Of a stretch of 64,000 nt of DNA, positions 15,771 through 29,289 are shown in pieces (the stretch's first letter is position 1; each line of letters starts with the position of its first letter). The translations under genes and the position numbers were made by a program. This stretch comes from Octopus vulgaris (Eukaryota), in assembly GCA_951406725.2 (NCBI GenBank), contig OX597819.1, positions 47,616,001 through 47,680,000 on the forward strand, written 5' to 3'. Below the pieces are notes generated by a model. That model saw nothing but the letters and a program-made list of their open reading frames with translations, ran no database searches and was not told the DNA's origin.

Positions 15771-16018
15771 TCAGATATTATGCTGTCGCTTATTCATCAA
15801 TACTCAAAAACTGAACTTTCACCAACTGAATACTCACCATGTAGTGCCTTAATGCTTTTTGCTGGATTTTACCTCGAGAAAGGAACCCTGAGGAAGGAGG
15901 GCTGAATTTCAAATACTTTTCTGAAACGACTGCAGGTTAGGAAAAAAATTTTAATCGCCTCTTTCAATTTAGGTTTTAATTTTTCAAGTTTATATTCGTA
16001 TTTGATTGTTATGTTTAT

Positions 16019-16564
16019 ATTGGGTTGTCTGGAAAGTTTGTTCCGATTTTTAAAGGAAAGTAAAGGTCACTAAATACTTGCGACTACATTTTTAATGAAC
16101 CAAATCTGAACCATTTCGTTGCCCAATACGTCTCCATCTTTCCTTTACCTTGAAAATACCCTCTTCCCAGAATTGGGGTGGTTTCAAAGGCAAGGAATTT
16201 GTCACAGTATCTTTTTACATCATCTAAGGAATTGAAATTTTTACAATTAAAACTTTTCTGAACAAGTGGAAATCCGAAGGAGCAATATCTGCGGAATAGG
16301 GAGGGTGGGGGTAACACATCCCAGCCGAGCTGCAGCAATTTTTGTCTGGTTCCCAAAGCATCAAGTGCCGAAAATGAACTTTCTCATCTTTTGTTTTAAA
16401 GGGTTACAGAATTAACACAGGTTATAGGAACATAAACCTTCTTCCACTAAAAGATAGCTTAAACTGTGCTCTAAATGGAGGTGTAGTCAAATCCTATTTT
16501 ATGGACTCAAACATGTTCTAAAATAAGTCAAAAGATAAGCTACTATAAATCGGCACTGGCTTTT
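16019..16564 (-). mobile_element. Mariner transposon remnant
   Basis: Minus strand reads TRQKLLQLGWDVLP, then frameshifted PYSADIAPSDFHLF (mariner YSPDLAP motif). TIR-like end tattgggttgtctggaaag. Confidence 0.85.
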
Positions 16565-17010
16565 AACTATAGGTTTCCTTCATCTGAAAAGTAATTTTTA
16601 ATCGAAAAAAATTTCTAAACGATGAACTTTTATCTTGCTTTATATACTATATATTACTTATTTATATGCTTCCTATATTTATATTTTTATATATCTATAT
16701 ATTTATATATTTCTTATATTTTTATGTATTTATTATTCTAGGTGTTGTAATGTTTTAAAAAAAAATATATATTTCTTAATCGCTAAAGTATTAATCGTTA
16801 AATTTTAACCGAGATGAACTGCATTCACGCACTTTCTTGTATTTTCTTATATGCTTGTACTGATGAGTTATGTTTCATCTTCCGTGATGTTATACATGTA
16901 TATTCTATGTGAAAGAAAAAGCGTTATGTGATTAAATGTTCGAGATATGAAATGTTACGTGGATGACCTTGTATTTGTTTGTTCTGCAACCACAGTTTAA
17001 TATACATGTA

Positions 17011-17100
<90 letters not shown>

Positions 17101-17809
17101 GTATATATATATATATATAAATCATCATCATCATCATCGTTTAACGTCCGTTCTCCATGCTAGCATGGGTTATGTATACTTATACTGTTATGTGTTTGTG
17201 TGTGTGTATACATCATATGTTGGTATAACTTCAACATGGCTGAATGATTAAGACATTTGCCTTGCAATCACAAGGTCCCAAGTTCAATCTCACTGCATGG
17301 TATCTTGGGTAAGTTTCTTTTGTCACAGCCTCAGATCAACTCAAGCCTTATTGAGTGAAACTAGGCAGCTATAAACTGCTTGGATGACCATAGGGTACAC
17401 TGTCCTTGTAACTTTAAAAATCCAGTCTTGTTACAGAGTATGTCATGCTGATTGTGCCTAGGGATTACTTTAGGGGTACACATGCCTGTGGAATACACAG
17501 CCACCTTCAGATTAATTTACTGTGTGAACCAACTCAGTTGACTGAATGGCTGAATTCTTACCATCAAAAACCAACATAGACTTATTTGATTTATAAATTT
17601 TAGTACATATGTGTTTGATAGGATATGTGTGTATGTGCATGCTTATGTGTGTGTTTCTGTGTGTGTTATGTGAGCATGTGTGTGTGTGTGTGCACTTGTG
17701 CATGTGCATGTATATACACATGCTAGTATGACCATGTTTGTGTATGTTGCTTACATATCTTAATATGGACATATGTTAGTGCTTGTGTGTATACATGTAC
17801 GCATGATCA

Positions 17810-17840
<31 letters not shown>

Positions 17841-17841
17841 G

Positions 17842-17900
<59 letters not shown>

Positions 17901-18116
17901 TGTGTGTGTGTGTATGTGTTCATATGTTAATATGGACATATATGTATAAGTATATTTGTGTATGTGTGTGTATACTAGTGTCAGTATGTTTGTGTGGGCA
18001 TATATATATATATATATAACGGGAAGCTTTATGAAAATAGACAAAAGACGAAGGCAGGTGGGAAACTAACAAACAATTGTATTAGTATGGCGCTCAGGAA
18101 ATATAAATAAAACAAG

Positions 18117-18154
18117 TCTTTAACGTTTCGAGCCTACGCTCTTCAACAGAAAGA
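18117..18154 (-). ncRNA. Minimal hammerhead-like motif in a Penelope-type terminal repeat (variant core)
   Basis: ucuuu-CUGUUGA-A-GAGC-GUAG-GCUC-GAAA-CGUU-A-aaga: stem I, stem II and a palindromic stem III. The core is CUGUUGA rather than CUGANGA. Confidence 0.55.
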
Positions 18155-18320
18155 TACACAGAGAGAAAAAAAACACAGAAAGAAGGAGAGAAAAATGCGT
18201 GCAGTAACTAACGAATCAACATGGCGATCTGATTTCGGCCAGAAGTCAAAGATCAAACATGAGACGCGAGAGCGAAATAAGGGGAGATAATAGGGTTGAT
18301 AATAGGGTTGAATGACCACC

Positions 18321-18565
18321 TATTAGTGCGTAGGAGGGGTCTGGACGTGTGTATGTATAGGGTTGGTGTATGTATTAGTATGTATTAGTATGTATAAGGG
18401 TGTGTGTGTGTGTGTGTATGAGAGAGTATTAGTGCGTAGGATAGGTCTGGACAGGCGTATGTATGGGGTTGGTGTATGTATTAGTATGTATTAGTATGTA
18501 TTAGTACGTATTAGTATGTATAAGTGTGTGTGTGTGTGTATGAGAGAGTATAAGTGCGTATGAGG
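18321..18565. repeat. Tandem repeat, about 110-bp unit, roughly two copies
   Basis: tattagtgcgtagga..ggtctggac..gtatgta..gggttggtgtatgtattagtatgtattag..tgtgtg..atgagagag repeated. Confidence 0.75.
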
Positions 18566-18970
18566 GGTCTGTGGTAAGAAACTTGCTTCCCACCTACAAG
18601 GTTCCTGGTTCAGTCTCACTGTGTGGCATCTTGGGCAAGTGTCTTCTGCTATAGCTGCAGGCTGACCAAAGCCTTGTGAGTGGATTTGGTACATGGAAAC
18701 TGAAAGAAGCTCATCATAAGTGTGTGAGAGTGTGTGTGTGTGTGTGCACGCACGTGTGTGTATGTGTCTTTGTATCTCTGTTTGTCCTCCCCACCTCTTG
18801 ACAACTGGTGTTGGTATGTCAACATTACTGTAACTTAGTGGTTCAGCAAAAGAAACCAATAGAATAAGTACTAAACTTTAAAAAACAAGTCCTTTGGTGG
18901 GGGGCAGTTTGTTTGACTAAAACCCTTTAAGATGATGCCCCAGCACCATCAAATGACTGAAATAAATGAA
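18566..18970 (+). mobile_element. SINE family A, diverged copy
   Basis: Same head, body and tail as 7583-7991. Confidence 0.8.
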
Positions 18971-19036
18971 AGTCATACATATTTGTAAATATGTGTTGTG
19001 CCTGTGTGCAAATTTTAGCATAAATACATTTGTATA

Positions 19037-19547
19037 CCGTAAATCCTCAAGTATAATCCGCATTTTTTTCCCAAAATTTAAAGGTCAAAATCCTTAGTGC
19101 GTACTATATACGAGGTTAAAAATGAAAATTATTTTCTGAGCAATGTCCAAGACTCTATTTGCTGTCCGGCAGTGTTTATTCAGACACATTTTGTGATGTC
19201 GGGCGCGAAAATACCTTAAGCTAAGCCTGAAAGCAATGAAGTCGTAAAAGAATCATCCATAACTTGCAGTAAGCAACATTTATTAAATGTTATTACTGTT
19301 ATTTCTTTATATTCTGCAAACAAAATGCACAAAAGGCTATACGTTTGCATTATGTTATATATACAGTAATAATAAAGGACGTTACCGTATACAGTGTTAC
19401 AAACCAAGGACGTTATATAAACCTCCTTGACTCAAGTTAGAGAAGGGGTGCGTATTATACACAAGGTTTAGGTTTTTCAGAGGTACAGTCCACTAAAAAT
19501 CCTCTGCGTATTATACTCAAGGATGGGCTATACTCGAGGATTTACGG
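19037..19547. mobile_element. pogo/Tc1-superfamily MITE (511 bp) with TA TSD
   Basis: TA|CCGTAAATCCTCAAGTATA ... TATACTCGAGGATTTACGG|TA, with subterminal repeats. Confidence 0.9.
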
Positions 19548-20237
19548 TATGTGTTTATATATGAAAGGAAAAGACTGTGTGTGCATGTCAAAATGAGTGT
19601 GTGTATGTATGCATAAATGCTAGTATGGTTATATTTGTGTGCATCCATTTGTATCAGTTGTCTGTATATATGTGCTTGTGATAATATGCATGTATGTACA
19701 AGTGTGCAAGTGCTTGTGAAGGTATGTTTGCGAGTGGGTGGGTGTAAATATACGTAGTATGTGCGTTTATGAAAACTTTGTGCCTGTGAGTGTATAATTG
19801 TATGTGTGGGCATGTTTGAGCATGTATATGTGTGTGTTTGCAGGTTTGATAGACGTATGTATACATCAGTTTATATGGATGTGTTTATGTGTTGGTAAGC
19901 ATATGTGCATGTGTGTATGTATGTGTTTGAAAGATTAGGTATGAATTCTGGTGAATGTAAATCTGTCTATATGTGTTTCTAAGTATGTATGTGTGTGTGT
20001 ACACACATAAATGTGAATGTGTGCATGTGTATATGTATGTATGTAGATATATACATACATACATAACAAACATACATACATACATATATATATATATGAA
20101 TATACATACATATACACATACATATATATATATATATATATGAATATACATACATACATATACATATGTAGCCACACACATGTATGTATGTATGCACACA
20201 CACACACACACACACCACACATATGTATGTATATATT

Positions 20238-20646
20238 ACTCTTTTACTCTTTTACTTGTTTCAGTCATTTGACTGCGGCCATGCTGGAGCACCGCCTTTA
20301 GTCGAGCAAATCGACTCCGGGACTTATTCTTTGTAAGCCCAGTTCTTATTCTATCGGTCTCTTTTGGCAAACCGCTAATGTGACAGGGACGTAAACACAC
20401 CAGCATCGGTTGTCAAGCAATGCTAGGGGGACAAACACAGACACACAAACATACACGCACATACACATATATATACATATATACGACAGGCTTCTTTCAG
20501 TTTCCGTCTACCAAATCCACTCACAAGACACTGGTCGGCCCGAGGCTATAGCAGAAGACATTTTCCCAAGATGCCACGCAGTGGGACTGAACCCGGAACG
20601 ATGTGGTTGGTAAGCAAGCCACTTACCACACAGCCACTCCTGCGCC
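20238..20646 (-). mobile_element. SINE family A, full length
   Basis: Reverse complement of the family pattern from ggcgcaggagtggctgtgtgg to the aaaagagt tail. Confidence 0.9.
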
Positions 20647-21308
20647 TATATATATATATATATATACATGTTTGTGTGTAGATGTGTTTGTGTGTGTCTA
20701 TTCATGTTATGTTCGGTGCTTTTGGACTTGTAAGTACATGCGTAGTATATGTAAATATTTATATATCTATTAGTGTCAATATGTATTATGTGTGTGTATG
20801 TATGTGTGTGTATGTGTGTGTGTGTGTGTGAGGTGAGTGTGTGTGTGTGTTCATCAATGTTTGCTAGTTTATGTGTCTGCTTAAATATATGCGTGGGCAT
20901 TATGTAATCAGTTTGTGATCTTATGTTTTTGTTTTTGAGTGAAAGAGCGGGAACGTGTGTGTATGTATGTATGTGTGTATGTATACATACACACTTACAC
21001 GTCTTTGAATGTATGTGCTTGTGTATGTACTATGTGAGTGCATATATGTGTGCATATGTGCAAGTGTGTGTGAGTGTATGTGTGTGTGTGTGCAGTTGAA
21101 AAAGTTTGTTTTGGTGGATATTTGAGAGTTTGTGTGCATGCCTTACAAAGGAATAAATGTATATAAACGGACATGTACGTATGCATTACGTACGTATCAT
21201 CATCACCATCACAATAAATGTGTATATTATAAAATATATGTACATATACACACACACACACACATATATGCATGTGTGTGTATGTATATATATATATATA
21301 TATATGAA

Positions 21309-21364
<56 letters not shown>

Positions 21365-21495
21365 TACATATGAATATATATACACACACATATTATATAG
21401 AAATATAGATGTAACCATGTGGGTGTGTGTATGTTTGTACATATTCATGTGTACATTTAAACCTTTATAAAGTATACATGCACTCTTTATATGTA

Positions 21496-21533
<38 letters not shown>

Positions 21534-21549
21534 CACGCATACATACATT

Positions 21550-21585
<36 letters not shown>

Positions 21586-21605
21586 AGTTTATATATAACT
21601 GTATG

Positions 21606-21651
<46 letters not shown>

Positions 21652-21839
21652 CATACATTTATATATATACATATATATATATAGTTATATATACATATAC
21701 GTATATGTATATATATATAACTATATATACATTTATATATAGTTATATTTATATATATATATACATATATACATACATGCATACATATATATATATTTAT
21801 ACATATACTTACACATACCTATCTATATATCTATATATA

Positions 21840-21882
<43 letters not shown>

Positions 21883-22509
21883 ATATGTATGTATGTATGT
21901 ACGTTTGTGTGTGCATGTATATATATGCACACATGTATGTATCTATGTATCTATATGTGTTTATGTACAAGTACATATACACATACATACAATTTTTGTT
22001 GCATTTTTTTGCTTTGTGTTATTATACATGTTTATATACTTTGCTTGCCTTTCATTATTTCATATTTTTTAATTCTTTAATTTGTCTTTTCTGTTTTTTA
22101 TTTTCATTCTGTTAGATTTCTTTTCATTTTTATTACATTTTGCTTGGGTTTTTTTTTATGAGGAAGAGTGGAAATCAAAAACAAGAATTAAAATGAATAA
22201 GAAAAGAAAAAGGAATGCTTTTTTTTTTTTTAGGATATGAGGAGGGGGTAAAAGAAGCACAGCCAGCATGAATTACAGCTAAAACCCAAACTGTAAATCT
22301 ATCCAAACAACTTATGTGTAACCCATTCCTATGGAATGAAACAAGCAAAACCAGTTCAAATCACTGTGAGAGAGGATTTAGAGAAACACATAAAAGGGAA
22401 AGAAAGGAGCAAAGAGAGAGAGAGTGATAGGGAAGAGAAAGAGAGAAAAAGAGGAGGGAGGAAAGAGATAAGAAAAGGTAAGAGTGAGAAGAAAAGAGAG
22501 AGAGAAAGG

Positions 22510-22540
<31 letters not shown>

Positions 22541-22887
22541 CAAGATTATCAAATAAAAATGTTACAAGATCTTGAGATACAATCACAACCAAATTGTAGT
22601 CTAACACTATTTGAAATAGTTAACCAAATTAGAAACGCAAAAAGCAAGGCATTATATTTTATTTTGTGTTTGTTTGGTGTTCATATATAGCTGAAGACTG
22701 CTTCTATCTATCTGTCTGTCTGTCTGCTTGTCTGTCTGTCTGCCTATCTGTCTATCTATCTATCTATCTAGGTGTGGCTGTGTTTCTATGTGTAAGTGGG
22801 TGAGTGTGTGAGTGGGTGAGTAAGTGAATGTGTGTGTGTGTGTGTGTGCATCATTACATAGACAGGCAGTCAAAAAAACAGACAGAT

Positions 22888-22888
22888 G

Positions 22889-22942
<54 letters not shown>

Positions 22943-22985
22943 AATATAGATAGAAATATAGATAGATAGAAAGATAGATAGAAAT

Positions 22986-23074
<89 letters not shown>

Positions 23075-23100
23075 CAGTCAGATAGACAGACAGATAGATA
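22888..23100. repeat. (GATA)n microsatellite
   Basis: Long GATA run; a (TATC)n run also lies at 61445-61558. Confidence 0.95.
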
Positions 23101-23689
23101 TAAGTATAGACAGACAAATATATACCTATGAATATATATAAAGAGAGTGCATGTGAAAACCAGGGGCACAACACCTTCCTTCAGAACAAACCAACTAAAA
23201 AACAGATCAACAAAAAAGAACTTTCAATAAAAGCCAAGTTATTGCCCTTAACATCATCCTTTAGCCCTGTTGGCATAAGAATACTACAGCATTGCTGCCT
23301 ATGAATTTCACACAACTCTCTTCTCTTAACTTGATCTTTTAATGGGCTTCTTCTTACAGAACATTCTTTGCATAGTGCCATTGTACATGAGGTAGAGAAC
23401 AAGAATTGAAGTAGACTTTTGCTGTCAGACATACTAATAGCTTTTTGACCTCCAACAGTGGTACTTAATGGATCTAAGTTTGGGTTAGCAGCAACCCTCT
23501 GCCACAGTTTCTGCCTCCCTTTCCTGCACCAAGCTTGAAGGTTTGGCAAGAGTCAGTTTCATATCTATCTCAGTCCTTTCTCTTTTGGCTCATCTATAAA
23601 AGATGCCTTTCTCAAAGATATTTCTAGTTAAAGTGAAAGGAATCCTTTTAACCAAGAATTTTGTTTCAAATTTTGGCACAAATGTAGTC

Positions 23690-24075
23690 ACAGGAGTGGC
23701 TGTGTGGTAAGTAGCTTGCTTACCAACCATATGATTCCAGGTTCAGTCCCACTGCATGTCACCTTGGACAAGTGTCTTTTATTAAATAGCCTCAGCCCAA
23801 CCAAAGCCTTGTGAGTGGATTTGGTAGACAGAAACTGAAAGAAGCACATTGTATGTGTGTGTGTGTTTGTGTGCCTGTGTTTGTCTGTCCACCATTGCTT
23901 GACAACTGATGTTGGTGTGTTTACATCCCCTGTAACTTAGCAGTTCGGCAAAAGAGACCAATAGAATAAGTACTAGGCTTACAACAAATAAGTCCCGGGG
24001 TCGATTTGTTCGATTAAAGGTGGTGCTCCAGCATGGCTGCAGTCAAATGACTGAAACAAGTAAAAGAATAAAAGA
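23690..24075 (+). mobile_element. SINE family A
   Basis: Family head and tail present. Confidence 0.85.
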
Positions 24076-25396
24076 ATATATAATACACGCACATGCATTG
24101 TGTGAGTGTATGTGTATATTTGTGTATGTATGTGTATAAGTGAGAGAGTGTTTATTTGTGTGTGTATGTATGCATGTATGTGTGAGTGTGTGTGTTTAGA
24201 TATGATTATTGGTACCATCCTTTCTGTGACTATCATAATCCTCACCACAACCACCACCATTATTGTCAGAATGTATTCAATGTTATTGAATAATTAATCT
24301 AATAACTTTGCTTTAAACTTTCAATATCTAATATCAGGTTCTGAATCACATTTCTTAGATGGGAGTGACTGAGAAAATGAGATTGATCTCTTTCAAGATT
24401 TACTTCATGTTAGAAAAACACCAAGGAAATTGTGATGACAGCATTATTAATAATAATAACAACAACAATAATAATAAATCATAGAATTTTATCTTCATTA
24501 AAAATAATTATAAACTTAAAAGTAAAACAATTCTGATATTTGGAATTTGTTGCTTAATTTTTGTACTTCTTGCTTGTAGTTATATCTATTTGTCTTGTAA
24601 ACATTTTAAAGTAAATTCAATTAAACTGGGTTTAATTTCTTGTTAAAAATATGGCAACAAACTGGCAGAATTATTTGCATGTCAAACAAAATGCCAAGGC
24701 TATAGTAGAAGACACTTGCCCAAGGTGCAATGCAGTGGGACTGAACCTAGAACCATGTGGCTGGATACCAAGCTTTTTACCACACAGCCGCTCCTGCACT
24801 TATAAATAAATAAATAAATACATATATAAATAAATAAATAAATACATATATAAATACATGTATAAATAAATACATATATAAATAAATAAATAAATACATA
24901 CATAAATAAATAAATAAATACATACATATATAAATATATACATAAATAAATACATACATACATACACGCACACACACACACACGCATACACTCACACACT
25001 CCTTTATACGTTATACATACTGTCAATTTTCATGTAGAAGGTAAAAGAAATACTCCGATTGTTGCGTTTAAGAAAGAAGTTTGTATTCTTTGATATCATC
25101 CTTAATAAGTAGATACACTTATAGGTTTCCATTTCTTGAAATCACTTAATTGAAAATATAACCAGTAAAAAATTAATATAGATTGTCACAAAAATCGGTA
25201 TAAAACTTCGATGGAATTGCAATCAATGATCAATAACTAAAATGAGAAGAGGTTAATAATTAATTGTCATAATAACTGCCACACAAATAAAATAACTAAG
25301 ACTGCCATAATAGTTGTCTTATGCTCATGCAGAATAAAACAGTTGTAAGGATTCAATTTAGTTAAAAATTATTAAAGAAATTATTATTAATTTTTA

Positions 25397-25661
25397 TTGG
25401 GTTGTCAGATAAATTTTTTTTTTCTTTTGATTCTAATCCTTTCCAATGTTGAGTAGAAACAAAATATTTTTATCTGAGTGTTTTATGGGGTTTTTGTTTT
25501 GTTTATTATTATTATTATTATTATTATTTTTGTAGCATACTTCTTTCTCTACAACTTTTGTTTATAGTTTTTGAAATTTGAATCAATTTTACCCCTTTTA
25601 TGGCAATGAAGTGTCAAGTAGGAAGAAAATAAAAGATGAACAAATTTGTCTGACAACTCAA
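25397..25661. mobile_element. Mariner-type MITE
   Basis: TIRs ttgggttgtcagataaattt / aaatttgtctgacaactcaa, similar to the TIR of the mariner remnant at 16019. Confidence 0.7.
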
Positions 25662-26094
25662 GGAAAGATGATTAATTGACAATAAGTATAATGATGATAT
25701 ATATTCACAATTAGCTAAAAATTTTCTTTGAAATGTCCACTAAAAGAAATAGTGAATAAAAAACAATTTTTTTTTAATTTTTGAAGAAATTGGGAAAATT
25801 AAACATATTGTGTCCCACTTTCACTACAAGAAATATATTATGACAAATGGTTAAAACACAGTGTTCTATATTATTCTCTTTCTTTCTGAATTAAACATAT
25901 ACATGCAGATATACAGATTACAGACATATAGATATTAGATATCTGATATTACTGAAATGTCATCCAAGCATTAAGTTTTGAATGGTGGGTGGGGTGACCT
26001 ATAATTATTCAAATAAAATGATTTTTCAGTTGCCATATATTTACTACAAATGGAATAGAATCCTGGGCAAGAACACAAAAATTCTAAACTGGGA

Positions 26095-26415
26095 CTGGTT
26101 CTCCATCCATTATGATGACAAGTGTTCTAGTCGATCCACTCAACAGAAAAGCCTGCTATGGAAATTAATGTACAAGTGACTGAGTACTCCACAGACATGC
26201 ATACCTTTAATGTAGTTCTCAGGGAGATTCAGCGTCACACAGAATGTGAGGAGGCTGGTCTTTGAATTACAAGTACAACTCATTTTTGCCAGCTGACTGA
26301 ACTGGAGCAACAAGAAATCAAGTGTCTTGCTCAAGGACACACCATGCTCCTGGGAATTGAGTTCATGACCTTACGATTGTGAATCAAATACCCTAACTAC
26401 AAAGCCACACACTTT
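26095..26415 (-). mobile_element. Older tRNA-head SINE (family D)
   Basis: Minus-strand tRNA-like head followed by gtgtccttgagcaagacactt. A related body lies at 17235-17560 (+). Confidence 0.65.
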
Positions 26416-27022
26416 CACAAAGTAACACCCCAATACATATACACACATGCATACATATATACATACATACATAGGTACATACATAGGTACATACATACAA
26501 CCATACACACACACACACATACATACATACATACATACATACATACATCATCATCATCATCATCATCATTTAACGTCCGTTCTCCATGCTAGCATGGGTT
26601 GGACGGTTCGACCGGGGATCTGGGAAGTCAGAAGGCTGCACCAGGCTCCAGTCTTAACTGGCAATGTTTCTACAGCTGGATGCCCTTCCTAACGCCAACC
26701 ACTCCGTGAGTGTAGTGGGTGCTTTTTACGTGCCACCTGCACAGGTGCCAGGCGAGGCTGGCAACGGCCACGGTCGGATTGGTGTATTTTATGTGCCACC
26801 GGCACGGAAGCCAGTCGAGGCGGCACTGGCATCGGCCACGAGTCGGATAGTGCTTTTTATGTACCACCAGACCAGGGATCCTGGCTGGTTCAATTCGATT
26901 TCGATTTCGCTTGCCCCAACATGTCTTCGCAAGCAGTGTACATACATTCATATAGACATACATCATACATGCATGTATGTGTGTATGTTTGTACACACAC
27001 AAATACATACATATGTATTCAA

Positions 27023-27191
27023 TGCAGGAGTGGCTGTGTGGTAAGTAGCTTGCTTACCAACCACATGTTTCTGGGTTCAGTCCCACTGTGTGGCACTTTG
27101 GGCAAGTGTCTTCTACTATAGCCTTGGGCTGACCAAAACCTTGTGGGTGGATTTGGTAGATGGAAACTGAAAGAAGCCCGTCATATATATG

Positions 27192-27234
<43 letters not shown>

Positions 27235-27442
27235 ATTTGTGTGTCTGTGTTTGTCCCCCCACCATCGCTTGACAACCAATGCTGGTGTGTTTACGTCCCC
27301 GTAACTTAGCGGTTTGGCAAAAGAGACTGAGAGAATAATTACTAGGCTTACAAAGAATAAGTCTTGGGGTCAATTTGCTCAACTAAAGGCAGTGCTCCAG
27401 CATGGTCACAGTCAAATGTCTGAAATAAGTAAAAGAGTAAGA
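27023..27442 (+). mobile_element. SINE family A, full length
   Basis: Family head, (TA)n(TG)n middle, and tail. Confidence 0.9.
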
Positions 27443-27454
27443 GTATATATCATA

Positions 27455-27499
<45 letters not shown>

Positions 27500-27634
27500 C
27501 CTTAAATTCTTAAAAATGTTCTAGGCCGAAGGCCGTGGCCATGCTGGGGCACCACCGATGTGTGTATATCATATATATGTGTATGTGTATATCATATATA
27601 TGTATATATATATATATGTGTGTGTGTGTGTATC

Positions 27635-27665
<31 letters not shown>

Positions 27666-27681
27666 TATACACATACATACA

Positions 27682-27717
<36 letters not shown>

Positions 27718-28256
27718 CCAGTTTAGAGGGCACCCCATCAGGTGGATTTTAAGTTAGTATATAACTTTTAAGCAACTGACCCTGAATGGAAAGACCTGCA
27801 AACAGATCTCTGACTCGTTTTGGAGAGTTTATTGCAATTGCTTCCTTCAGAGTCATATCCCAATGATGATCATATTCATTGCAAAAAAAATCACGTAAAA
27901 AACAGTTGCAGTAATGAAAATATAGGAATCCAAAATTTCAGGATTGCAGGTCAGGATTTGGCCCAGAATGTTTTTAATTTAGTCACAGAGTTAGCCTTTA
28001 GATTATAAAAATTGTTATTGTACAAGAAAATTAGTCACAAAAACTCACGTAAAAAAAATCACTGAAAACAATCACAGCAATGAAAACTTGGGAATGCAAA
28101 ATTTCAGGATTGTGGGTCCAGATTCATCCCAGAATGTTTTTAATTTACCCACGCTGTCAGCCTGATTCCAAAATGGTGTATGTTGGGCTACAGCCTCTAG
28201 GAGTAAAGTTGAAAAAGTGTAACACATTGACATTCACATTTATTATATTATATTAG

Positions 28257-28472
28257 GGAGGTGAGTTGGCAGAATTGTTAGCACGCCAAGCGAAATGCTT
28301 AGCAGTATTTTGTCTGCTGTTAGGTTTTGAGTTCAAATTCCGCCAAGGTCGACTTTGCTTTTCATCCTTTCGAGGTTGTTAAAATTAGTACCAGTTATGT
28401 ACTGGGGTCGATGTAATTGACTTAATCTCTTCTTCCAAAATTTGAGGCCTGGTACTTTATTAAAGGATTTAT
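28257..28472 (+). mobile_element. SINE family B (about 215 bp, ATT tail) with a long flanking direct repeat
   Basis: gagttggcagaattgttagc...GAGTTCAAATTCC...gactttgcttttcatcc. Flanks 28205-28250 and 28474-28519 are near-identical. Confidence 0.85.
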
Positions 28473-28521
28473 TAAAGTTGAAAAAGTGCGACACACTGAC
28501 ATTCACATTTATTATATTAGA

Positions 28522-28553
<32 letters not shown>

Positions 28554-29154
28554 TTGAGAGAGAGAGAGAGAGAGAGATCTGGTAATTGCAAGGTAATTAC
28601 CAACTAAGCTGCGATAATGAGTAACACATGTAGCAGCATCTGTTCAGTGTTTGAACTAAATGGAAGCCAGACACCTGAGATTGGACATTTGGTATCTAGA
28701 ATGTTGGCAAGTATTTACAGAACCCTACTAACTGGACAACACCATCAGTAGAAAAACAACTGTCACAATACTGAATCCTCTAACAAGACTTGGGTCAGCC
28801 TGGGGTTATAGCAGAAGACACTTAACCATGATATCATCCAGTGAGACTGAACCTGAAGCTACATGGTTGGAAGCAAACTTCTTAACCACACAGTTACGTG
28901 TGTATATGTTTGTGTGTCTGTGTTTGTCCCCCCAACATCGCTTGACAATCGATGCTGGTGTGTTTACGTCCCCGTCACTTAGCAGTTTGGCAAAAGAGAC
29001 CGATAGAATAAGTACTGGGCTTACAAAGAATAAGTTCCAGGGTCGATTTGCTCGACTAAAGGCGGTGCTCCAGCATGGCCACAGTCAAATGACTGAAACA
29101 AGTAAATGAGTAAAGAGTATATATATATATATATATATAGCTATATATAGCTAC

Positions 29155-29289
<135 letters not shown>

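Noticed and set aside
23181-23549. 122-aa minus-strand ORF in unique-looking sequence
   Set aside because: No recognisable motifs or convincing splice signals.
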